Shown here piece by piece: positions 1-8,126 of a stretch of DNA of 64,000 nucleotides. The stretch covers positions 1,221 to 65,220 of the forward strand of contig JAERTI010000018.1 in the NCBI GenBank assembly GCA_016844925.1, read 5' to 3'. The first letter of the stretch is position 1. Each line of letters opens with the position of its first letter. This stretch comes from Candidatus Uhrbacteria bacterium (GTDB lineage: Bacteria > Patescibacteriota > Patescibacteriia > UBA9934 > GWF2-40-263). The position numbers and the translations under genes are program-made. Below the pieces are notes generated by a model. The model ran no database searches. It was not told the DNA's origin and saw only the letters and a list, made by a program, of their open reading frames with translations.

Positions 1-31
1 CGAGGGTTAATCGTCGTCGTCGGGTCATCAT
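1..31 (-). CDS. 5' end of next gene (truncated by window), MMTRRRRLTL
   Basis: ATG overlaps the VirB4 stop (GTATGATG) and the frame is open to the window edge. Confidence 0.4.
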   Translation of the reverse strand, partial: MMTRRRRLTL

Positions 32-2127
32 ACTTGGAGCGAGTCACGTAACTTATCTGCCTCCGCCTTTCCCTCCGCTTCCCCCGCAAGAAGTGCTGCT
101 GCGGCATCTTGTGCCGCCACCTCTTGTTCAGCCTCTCTCTGCGCTTCTTGTGCATCGGCTTCTACATCAAACACCTGTTCTTCTTCTACCACCTCCTCCT
201 GCTCAGCCCGTGCCTGCTGCTCTCGCTGCGCGCGCTCTGCCGCAAACTCTTTCTCTTCTTCCTCTTGCTCGAGAAGCTGTGCCGGGTTGGTTGTCACAAT
301 ACGGTCCTCTGTATAAGAAGCCACAATCTTAATGGCGGCATGCTTTGATCCAGCAAAGAAGATCCCCTCACCCACACCAGACTCCAGAAGAAGATACTTT
401 TCGCCGTCGGTAAGATGGAATGTTTTTTGAATGTTATCTGCAGCGCTCGGCGACTGTTTGAGCAATATCTGCATTGCCGAGTTGGTCACAATGGCCTGAC
501 CGTAGGCAGAGCGCAAAAAGTCGTTCACGTCCTGCGTAATGGTCGTCACACCCATGAAGTACTTTCGCGCACGTTTTACAAGTGCGAAGATAAACTTCGC
601 GGAGTCCTCTTGTTGCATCAGCCACCACGCCTCATCCACCACGAGAATACGCTTCTTGCGAATCGATCTCGTCACATTCCAAATGTAGTTGATGATGGAG
701 TAGATGGCGACCGGGCGTAGCTCATCTTCAAGATCACGCACAGAGAACACCACAAGCTGGTTACTCATCTCTACATTCGTCGGCTGGTTCAAGAGCCCGG
801 CGAACGTTCCATCGATATACTTATGCAGTCGCGCAACAAGCTCCGCAGAGCCCTCCATGCCCTCAAGTACATCCTCAAAGTCTGTCAGTGTTGGCGGATC
901 AATCTCATCAAGTTTCAACAAGTCTGGCGTAATATCCTTCTTCGCATAAGTCTCAATGAGTGCACGGTCAAGAAGCGAATCTTCCTCTGGAGTAAAACCA
1001 AGCTTCCCACCTTCACCAATAGGCTGACCGATCATGATGCGCAACAGTCCTTTGAGGGTAATAACAGCGGAGCGAATAATATCTTCCACCTTTGTCCCCT
1101 CTCCCACCGCACGCGGAAGATCAAACGGATTCACCTTCGCCTCCGAGGCGAGCGAAACATTAATGAACGTTCCTCCCACAGCATCGGAAAGATCTTTATA
1201 CTCATACTCCGGATCGATCACGATCACGTCCGTTCCCATCATGAGCGACCGAAGAATCTCGAGTTTGATCGCGTAAGATTTTCCTGCACCAGAGGTTGCA
1301 AACACCACCGAGTTGGCATTTTGTAGAGAGAATCGATCAAAGAGAATCAAGGAGTTGTTGTGACGGTTGATGCCGTACAAAATACCGTTATCCGAAGTCA
1401 GATCAGAAGAAATAAACGGGAACGAAGCCGCAATCGGCGACGTGTTCATGTTGTAGTTGATCATGAGTTCGTCATTTCCAAGCGGCACCGTGGAGTTGAA
1501 CCCCTGCTCTGCCTGGTAGAACCCAGCCTTGGTGTAAATCAACTTCGAGCCAAAGAGCGCCTCCACCTCATCGGTATACCGGCTCAGCTCCTGCTCATCT
1601 TTGGCGTAAATCGTAATGTAAAACGAGAACTGGAAGAAATGTTCAATCCCCTGTGTGAGCGCATCTCGCAACCCTTCGATGTCACGCAACGCTGTCTCAG
1701 CAATCGGGTCTCGTGGAGCCCCCTTCTCTGCATCAGATAGAATCTTCGCTTCAAAAATACCCACCTTCTTCTGAAGCTGCTTCAACACCACGTTCGCCTT
1801 AAGGGGGTAGAAAAACATGGCTACATCAAACGTCTTGTTCAAGTTGATGAGCGGCGTGGACCACCCAAGACCGATGTGACGAGGGTACGTAATGATAAAC
1901 AGCGTCCGCACATACATTCCTGACAGCTTGAGATACGTTGGCTTCACCTCAAAACTCGCCGGCGAAATCACGTCCTTCACGGTTACGACTCCACGGCGAT
2001 AAATCCGCTCTTCCTCCAAGATCTCCTTCTCCTTCTTTGCCTTCACTACCTCCTGTTTCTCTGGCTTTTTCTTCTCCGGAGCCTTGGTCGGCATTGCTTG
2101 TTTAATTGTCCCAATATCAATAGCCAT
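28..2127 (-). CDS. VirB4/TraC-like conjugation-type ATPase
   Basis: Walker A ATSGAGKS, VIVIDPEYEY, Walker B ILVVDEAW, KRARKY and ITQ motifs of the VirB4/TraE family; acidic C-terminal tail. Confidence 0.9.
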   Translation of the reverse strand: MAIDIGTIKQAMPTKAPEKKKPEKQEVVKAKKEKEILEEERIYRRGVVTVKDVISPASFEVKPTYLKLSGMYVRTLFIITYPRHIGLGWSTPLINLNKTFDVAMFFYPLKANVVLKQLQKKVGIFEAKILSDAEKGAPRDPIAETALRDIEGLRDALTQGIEHFFQFSFYITIYAKDEQELSRYTDEVEALFGSKLIYTKAGFYQAEQGFNSTVPLGNDELMINYNMNTSPIAASFPFISSDLTSDNGILYGINRHNNSLILFDRFSLQNANSVVFATSGAGKSYAIKLEILRSLMMGTDVIVIDPEYEYKDLSDAVGGTFINVSLASEAKVNPFDLPRAVGEGTKVEDIIRSAVITLKGLLRIMIGQPIGEGGKLGFTPEEDSLLDRALIETYAKKDITPDLLKLDEIDPPTLTDFEDVLEGMEGSAELVARLHKYIDGTFAGLLNQPTNVEMSNQLVVFSVRDLEDELRPVAIYSIINYIWNVTRSIRKKRILVVDEAWWLMQQEDSAKFIFALVKRARKYFMGVTTITQDVNDFLRSAYGQAIVTNSAMQILLKQSPSAADNIQKTFHLTDGEKYLLLESGVGEGIFFAGSKHAAIKIVASYTEDRIVTTNPAQLLEQEEEEKEFAAERAQREQQARAEQEEVVEEEQVFDVEADAQEAQREAEQEVAAQDAAAALLAGEAEGKAEADKLRDSLQV

Positions 2128-2132
2128 ACCTC

Positions 2133-2831
2133 TTATCCTGTGACGTGTGTCTCTTCTTCAAACTGAATCTTATTAATATCTGAAAGCCCCTCAGCCGCAA
2201 ACACATCTGGGTTATACACATTGTAATAAAGCTCGATGAGACTCTCTGTATCAAGCCGAGCGCTCTCAAGGCCCATGGAGTTAAGCTGTCCCTGAGCAAT
2301 ATCCACACGCCGCCCAAGTTGCTCGATGCGATCTGCCAACTGCTTCTTGTTCAACTTTGCCGCCGCCGCAGGTGAGAGCGCCTCAGAAAGACGTGTCCAG
2401 AAGTTCTTCTTTTTATTTGTCAGCGGGTCATACGGAATCACCAGATAGAACATCTTTTGCATGATTTGCCCAAGCTCAACAAGCTCACCCACAAAGTTTC
2501 GGTAGTCGGCAATCTGTGAACGCAGCAGATCATTTTGAATCGTTCTCTCCTGTTCCCTTAGACGGCTCATATACCCGTCAATGTTCATGCGCCTGGACTG
2601 AATCACGACCTGCACCGGGTACTCAAGACTATTCAAAAATGTCATGTACGCCTGAATAATCGCCTCCTGCTCCTCACTCGATTTCAGAGCAAAGTTAATA
2701 CTCGCAACAAGAAGTACCGCGCGCACGGTTCCATCTTTGAGGAGCACCATGTCATCACGAATCTCCGCGATGTCGAGATACTTCACCGTAGAGGGTCCTG
2801 GTTTTGGTTTTGCGAGTTTCTTTGATTGCAT
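2133..2831 (-). CDS. T4SS-associated protein (TraC/VirB4 N-terminal-like, conserved in CPR)
   Basis: LDIAEIRDDMVLLKDG...SINFALKSSEEQEAII...FLNSLEYPVQ pattern; lies between PrgI and VirB4. Confidence 0.7.
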   Translation of the reverse strand: MQSKKLAKPKPGPSTVKYLDIAEIRDDMVLLKDGTVRAVLLVASINFALKSSEEQEAIIQAYMTFLNSLEYPVQVVIQSRRMNIDGYMSRLREQERTIQNDLLRSQIADYRNFVGELVELGQIMQKMFYLVIPYDPLTNKKKNFWTRLSEALSPAAAAKLNKKQLADRIEQLGRRVDIAQGQLNSMGLESARLDTESLIELYYNVYNPDVFAAEGLSDINKIQFEEETHVTG

Positions 2832-2833
2832 AC

Positions 2834-3265
2834 CTATTCTTCAGGCTGATAGACACCACCTGTATTCACCACAAGGGTGAGCTCTTGCAAACGTGATGTC
2901 GCTGAAAATTCTTTTCGCTTGAATACATCCGATGGTGGTGGTGGTTCACGCTTCATCAATTCCTTCAGCTCACTATCGGTATAGACCTTATTCCACACAC
3001 GAAGCTTTGGTTTCTTTGCGGTCTGGAGAACATTCAGCGCAAAATAGTGAAAGTTGGCTCCGTTGATTTTCACAAACGCCACGATGCCCGCAATGACAAT
3101 GACCGGGACAGCCGTCAACAAAAATGTCACGAATGAAAGAAGTTTAAACAGAACAAAGTCGACCAGAATCGCAAACATCAGAATCAAAAACTGTCGTGCC
3201 GTGACAGGCCCAAAAATCTTGTCTTCTGCATCAATAAATTGTGGCACGACAAATTGATCTGGCAT
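2834..3265 (-). CDS. PrgI family (VirB3-like) membrane protein
   Basis: QFVVPQFIDAEDKIFGPVTARQF N-terminus plus two TM helices, upstream of VirB4. Confidence 0.85.
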   Translation of the reverse strand: MPDQFVVPQFIDAEDKIFGPVTARQFLILMFAILVDFVLFKLLSFVTFLLTAVPVIVIAGIVAFVKINGANFHYFALNVLQTAKKPKLRVWNKVYTDSELKELMKREPPPPSDVFKRKEFSATSRLQELTLVVNTGGVYQPEE

Positions 3266-3277
3266 ACGTCTATTCTA

Positions 3278-5026
3278 TCAGAATCTCAGCTCCGCGTTCA
3301 CATGCATAATGGCCGCGAGCTCTTCATCAGAGAGTGTCTCCTCCCCTGCCATTCGATGCTGCTCAAGAACCTGTGTCACAGGCACACCCGCCAGCACGGC
3401 TTCACGCGTAAGATCAACGTACATCTTGTGCAAAGGAGACGTGCGCCAGGCATCGATGGCAGCAATCTTCTCTGCATGTCCCTGCTGGTCTTCAATGAGA
3501 TCCACTTTATCTTTCAATTTTGTGGCGGCCTGATTTGGATCTGATGAAAGCCTTCGGAAGTCTGTAAGGTCAAGTGTCTGCAACTCATCAACTGGACCAC
3601 TGAGACGCTTTTCAAACGTAATCTCCTTCATTGATGGCGTGCCATGAGGTTTAGGCACCGGAGCTTTCGCGCTCTCAATAGCCGCCTTCACTCGACCCGC
3701 GTCAATCTTCCCTTCACGCTCTCGCATTTCATGATGAGCGCTCACAGCCGCACTTGTTCTAGATACTGGAGGTGCTGTTGGAGCTACACCTGCCACAGGA
3801 GCCTTCCCCGTAAGATCTGCGTAGCGCTTTGCCAGGTGTTGCTGTTGCTTCTTAGCCTGCTCCGTTTTTTTCTCACGCCGAGCAATGCGCTCCTGCACAT
3901 GTTCCTGCTTACGCACAGCCATCTTCCCCTCATGACTACGCTCGTAGGCCTGCACATCTGCCTCAAGCGCTTCCATAATGTCAGCAAGACGACGCCCTTT
4001 CACACCCAATCCACCTTTATCCACCGCACGCTCAAGTGTCACCATAGCTCCACGCGCATCGCGCACACCGCGCACGCGCGACTCCACAATCTTCTTACAT
4101 CGACCCTCCAAAAGCGGATCATCAAACTTAAACGGATCCTTCTGACAAATCTTTGCCACAATCGCCTCAGGGGTCACAAGCTCAGAAGTCTGAACCACAT
4201 GCGACTGCTCTTTGGCGATCTGTTCAACTTCTTTTTTGTCTTCTTCAAGAGACGCCTCAGGGGAAACTTCCTTTACAACCTTAGTCTGTAAAGGAGCTGG
4301 TGGTTCTTTTGGTGTCTCCACAGGCTTCGGTGCCACCTTCTCCGCGGGCACCACAGGCTCAGCTTGAGCCAACTCTGCAACAACCAATCTTTGCGGAACA
4401 CGGAACGCCTGCATCTGCTCATCAGCATCAATGGTCGACAGAAGAATTTCTGCGCCATTCTCTGTGAGTCCCAGCCCATCAATTTTTACAGAATGCGTAA
4501 GCCGTTCTTTTGTCTGATTGCGCTGCGTGTGCCCCGAAAGATATTCAATCAGAATGGTTTCCAATCTACGGGCTATGCGTGCCTGTGTGATATCAGGAAC
4601 AGACGCCACATAATTCTTCACATAGCTCTCAAGCGTCTCCTCTTCCTTTTCCTCCTTCTCTTCAACCTTCTTCTCTACTTCACCAGCAGATAGCTCAACC
4701 TCCCAAGAAGCTGCCAACTCCTGCAAGTTAAACGGAAGGTGAGTTTGAATCTTTACAAGTATCTCCGTCACAATTCCCGATACAAGCCCCTCTATCGACG
4801 TCGGCTGAATTCCAATGGCTTCCAGTCCCTTCAAAAATCCATCTGGATCTACATCTTGCTCCACCAGGGAAAAGACTAACCCGCTAATCTTAGGAACGTA
4901 CGCATCGTCAATCCCCAAACTCTCAGCCAACTGCTCATAGGTCTCAAACGCATCTGCACTCCACAAATAATCACTCGCCTCCTTAGGTAGTGTGTTTTGG
5001 ATTACCTTTTGCGCAGTTGGTTCCAT
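3278..5026 (-). CDS. hypothetical cytoplasmic protein in the T4SS-like operon
   Basis: 582-aa ORF, 5-12 nt gaps to neighbours, two internal GLG-containing repeats. Confidence 0.8.
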   Translation of the reverse strand: MEPTAQKVIQNTLPKEASDYLWSADAFETYEQLAESLGIDDAYVPKISGLVFSLVEQDVDPDGFLKGLEAIGIQPTSIEGLVSGIVTEILVKIQTHLPFNLQELAASWEVELSAGEVEKKVEEKEEKEEETLESYVKNYVASVPDITQARIARRLETILIEYLSGHTQRNQTKERLTHSVKIDGLGLTENGAEILLSTIDADEQMQAFRVPQRLVVAELAQAEPVVPAEKVAPKPVETPKEPPAPLQTKVVKEVSPEASLEEDKKEVEQIAKEQSHVVQTSELVTPEAIVAKICQKDPFKFDDPLLEGRCKKIVESRVRGVRDARGAMVTLERAVDKGGLGVKGRRLADIMEALEADVQAYERSHEGKMAVRKQEHVQERIARREKKTEQAKKQQQHLAKRYADLTGKAPVAGVAPTAPPVSRTSAAVSAHHEMREREGKIDAGRVKAAIESAKAPVPKPHGTPSMKEITFEKRLSGPVDELQTLDLTDFRRLSSDPNQAATKLKDKVDLIEDQQGHAEKIAAIDAWRTSPLHKMYVDLTREAVLAGVPVTQVLEQHRMAGEETLSDEELAAIMHVNAELRF

Positions 5027-5031
5027 GTCTA

Positions 5032-7911
5032 TTACAAGCTCATTTTGTCTCTCGCTGTCGTGATCTCACTCAGATGGGTCTGTAGGGCCGCGATGCGCTG
5101 GTTCAACTCCTTTACCTCTTCCACTTCTTCTGGATTGAACTCCTTCAGCTCCGCTGCCTTGGCTTCAATTTGCGCTTTCAATTTCACGACAACCTCATCT
5201 TTCTCTACGGCCCTCTTCCTCGCATCCGGCATGACAGATTGACTCTTGGCAGCGTTCAGCTGAGCCAGAAGCGCATTTGCTTTCTCCTCTGCTTCATCCA
5301 CCCACTTCTTCGGCGTACCTGGTTGAGTTTTTACATGATCCGCCTGTTGCCGTGCTCTTACATACTCCGCGCGAATGCTTTCCGTCTTATCAAGCAGATC
5401 TTTATCAATCTTGACGCGCGCCTGCTCCAAACTCTCTGTGAGTTTTCGCAATGAATCCTCAATGCCTGATCGACGCCCTGACACCAACTCATCACGTGCC
5501 TTGGTGCGCTCAGAAAGTTCTTGGTTCTTAATACTCTGCTGTGTGCTCAAGTGCTCTGCTGCCTGCTGACGCTGCCCCTCTGAGGCAAGATTCATCTTCG
5601 CTCCATAAGCGTCACCGCTCTGACCTTCATCAAGTAAGTCCATTGGCGGCGGCACACGACCCTCTGCAACCTCCTGCAGTGCATTCAAACGCTTAAGCAT
5701 CTTGGCGTTTCCACGACCACCTGCGGTGACCCTACCCTTCTTTGTATCGAACTCGGCCCGTAGACCATTCATGTGCTGGAGCAAGTCGAGACGGTCTGCA
5801 TCACTTGTTCCCTCGGCGGTATAGCGACTTGCCAATGAGGAGATGAGCGACTCTGCGCGCTTCGTGTCACCATCAGCCATAGCAAGATCGATTCCCTGAC
5901 GGATAGACATCGTTGACCCCGTTGAACCAAGTTCACTAACATCTGCCAGGCGCAAATCATCTTTTGACATGGTCGCGAACCGATCTCCTGGCTTGAGTCC
6001 AATGGCAGCGGCTTTCTTGTTTCCTTCACGTCCCTGAACAAGCGCATCGTAGGCGGAAAGTGGCTTCTTATCATCGCCCAAATGTGTCGACTGAATTTTC
6101 TTCAAGTGCTCGCGCACCTCTGGATTCTGGAGCGCTGCATCGGAGAGACCCTTCACATCCCCATAAGAATCAATCGAATCAAGACCTGCTCCGGAATAAT
6201 GAACATTTGCCTTTTCAAAACTCTTCACCGCGCCCATCTTGGCCGAATCATGACCAAACATCTTCTTGTACTTGTCGCCATACTGCTCATGCATCTTCTT
6301 CACGCGGTCCTGTCCAAGATCCTTCTGCATCTGGCTGTCTCCAAGCATCTCCTCATAAAGGGCTGTTGCCTGTGCCTCACCCGAAACGGATGACGGAGGT
6401 GAATCCAAGAAACGCTTTGCCATGTCGGTCTTGCGCTGACGTGTCATGTCTTTGAGCTTTCCTTTCTGCTCTTCTACACCCTGACCAGCACTCTGAGAAA
6501 GAATATCGGCCTTCTTACGCTCGCGATCCGCACGCCATCGTCCAATGGCCCCGGAACCACGACCTTCTGCTCTCTTGCGGAGGCGCTCTGCCTGACTCAA
6601 GCGGTCCATCTTCGTCTTGGCAGCAACATCTCGAGCAAACTTACTTCCCGGTGCACCCGCAACCCCGGCCTTCGCCAAACCTGCAGCTCCCATAGCTCCA
6701 CGAGCCGTAAGGGCAGCTCCCGTACCAGCAAGTTTAAGGCCCGCTCCTGCTGCTGCAGGTGCTGCTGCCACCATGGTCCGAGGAGACTTAGCCACTCTTG
6801 TAATAAGCCCCTTCGCTGGATCGAGTGCATATTTTTGCATGATTCCACCAGCCTTCTTTGAACCTGCACACACTTGCGCGGCCGCATCAAAACTCGCGAA
6901 CATCAAAATACAACCAATCAGAAAGCTCATGAAGTTATCAAGCTGGAGCGCCTGAGAGTAGAAGTCCGCACTGTTGGAGCCAGACGAAACATCAAACCCA
7001 GACTTCTCCGCAATATTCCCTGCCGCCGCAACCGCTAATGTGAGCCACAAAAAGAATGTGAGTACAGGACCAATGGCTACCAGACACTTAAACTCCGCCC
7101 ACCAATTTTTGTAAAAATCAGAACTAATCACCCCCTCGGCCCCCTTCATAAACCACGCCATCGGAGCCAAAACAACCAACACCCAAAGTCCCACAATCCT
7201 GAAAAGCAAAATTGCTACCAGGAAGAAAAGGATTACCAGCACTCCAATGACCATAACCACCGAAAGAACACCGGCTGCAAGAAAGTCGAATGCCTCCAGG
7301 GCCCGACCTTCATCGATCACGGAAGAATTATTTGAAATGGCGTAGAGCTGATTCAGACCAAACAACTGAATAATGTTCCCTGCCGCAATCTCTCGCAGAG
7401 CGTTGGCAAAGGTCAGCATAATTACCTGACCAAAGTCGATCATGATGCCGCAGAGTGTTTTGGAGAAGTTAATCACCAACGCCATGATCATGAGTTGTGG
7501 CACCTGCTGCTGCCACTTGAAACGTGAGTGCCCAAAGATGGTTCCAAACGCGATGATAATAAGCACCACCACAAAGAACATGTTCACCGTGTCACGCACA
7601 ATCGCCCACCCTGCACTCACCACGTGATTGTTTGTAAATTCGTTGTACGTCATCACCGGCACCATCACATCAATAAGGAGCACAATGGCTGATGTTAAAA
7701 TTGCCGCTAACTGAAATGCCCCCTCAGCCATCAGGTTCATGATATTGTCGAACTCAAACTCTTGTGCGTACGCCGGTCGCGCCGCTACCAAAGAAAGAGC
7801 CGTCAAAACCAAAACACTCCGCCCACGGTGAAGCTGACGTGTCGGAACACCCCTACCACGCTGTCTCAGGGCGTCACGAAACTCGCGTAAACGAGAAAAA
7901 AATCGCCACAT
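5032..7911 (-). CDS. extended VirB6/TrbL-like polytopic membrane protein with long C-terminal hydrophilic/coiled-coil tail
   Basis: GWAIVRDTVNMFFVVVLIIIAF, ALVINFSKTLCG and RIVGLWVLVVLAPMAW membrane segments; start moved to ATG 7911, 10 nt after TGcTATAAT. Confidence 0.75.
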   Translation of the reverse strand: MWRFFSRLREFRDALRQRGRGVPTRQLHRGRSVLVLTALSLVAARPAYAQEFEFDNIMNLMAEGAFQLAAILTSAIVLLIDVMVPVMTYNEFTNNHVVSAGWAIVRDTVNMFFVVVLIIIAFGTIFGHSRFKWQQQVPQLMIMALVINFSKTLCGIMIDFGQVIMLTFANALREIAAGNIIQLFGLNQLYAISNNSSVIDEGRALEAFDFLAAGVLSVVMVIGVLVILFFLVAILLFRIVGLWVLVVLAPMAWFMKGAEGVISSDFYKNWWAEFKCLVAIGPVLTFFLWLTLAVAAAGNIAEKSGFDVSSGSNSADFYSQALQLDNFMSFLIGCILMFASFDAAAQVCAGSKKAGGIMQKYALDPAKGLITRVAKSPRTMVAAAPAAAGAGLKLAGTGAALTARGAMGAAGLAKAGVAGAPGSKFARDVAAKTKMDRLSQAERLRKRAEGRGSGAIGRWRADRERKKADILSQSAGQGVEEQKGKLKDMTRQRKTDMAKRFLDSPPSSVSGEAQATALYEEMLGDSQMQKDLGQDRVKKMHEQYGDKYKKMFGHDSAKMGAVKSFEKANVHYSGAGLDSIDSYGDVKGLSDAALQNPEVREHLKKIQSTHLGDDKKPLSAYDALVQGREGNKKAAAIGLKPGDRFATMSKDDLRLADVSELGSTGSTMSIRQGIDLAMADGDTKRAESLISSLASRYTAEGTSDADRLDLLQHMNGLRAEFDTKKGRVTAGGRGNAKMLKRLNALQEVAEGRVPPPMDLLDEGQSGDAYGAKMNLASEGQRQQAAEHLSTQQSIKNQELSERTKARDELVSGRRSGIEDSLRKLTESLEQARVKIDKDLLDKTESIRAEYVRARQQADHVKTQPGTPKKWVDEAEEKANALLAQLNAAKSQSVMPDARKRAVEKDEVVVKLKAQIEAKAAELKEFNPEEVEEVKELNQRIAALQTHLSEITTARDKMSL

Positions 7912-7921
7912 AAGTACCAAA

Positions 7922-7930
7922 ATTATAGCA
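7922..7930 (-). promoter_or_regulatory. extended -10 promoter TGCTATAAT for the T4SS-like operon
   Basis: perfect TGnTATAAT 10 nt upstream of ATG 7911. Confidence 0.65.
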
Positions 7931-7973
7931 TAGCGATAGTAAATGCGGGCGATGAAATGGGGATAATATAAAT

Positions 7974-8014
7974 ACCGCATGGGCGTTACGAGCGAGCTCG
8001 TGTTCCCATGCGGT
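7974..8014 (-). terminator. terminator-like hairpin at the end of the M23 gene 3' region
   Basis: ACCGCATGGG...CCCATGCGGT inverted repeat with inner ACGAGC/GCTCGT stem, followed on the minus strand by ATTTATATT. Confidence 0.55.
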
Positions 8015-8126
8015 TCGTGAAAGGGCTAGCCTCCCATGAGTTCCTCCTAACGGGGCATAGCCCCTGTGCAAATGCGCGGCTTGCGCGGCTCTGCAGAAGA
8101 GACTCAGAGGGCGGCTCTCCTGCGTA

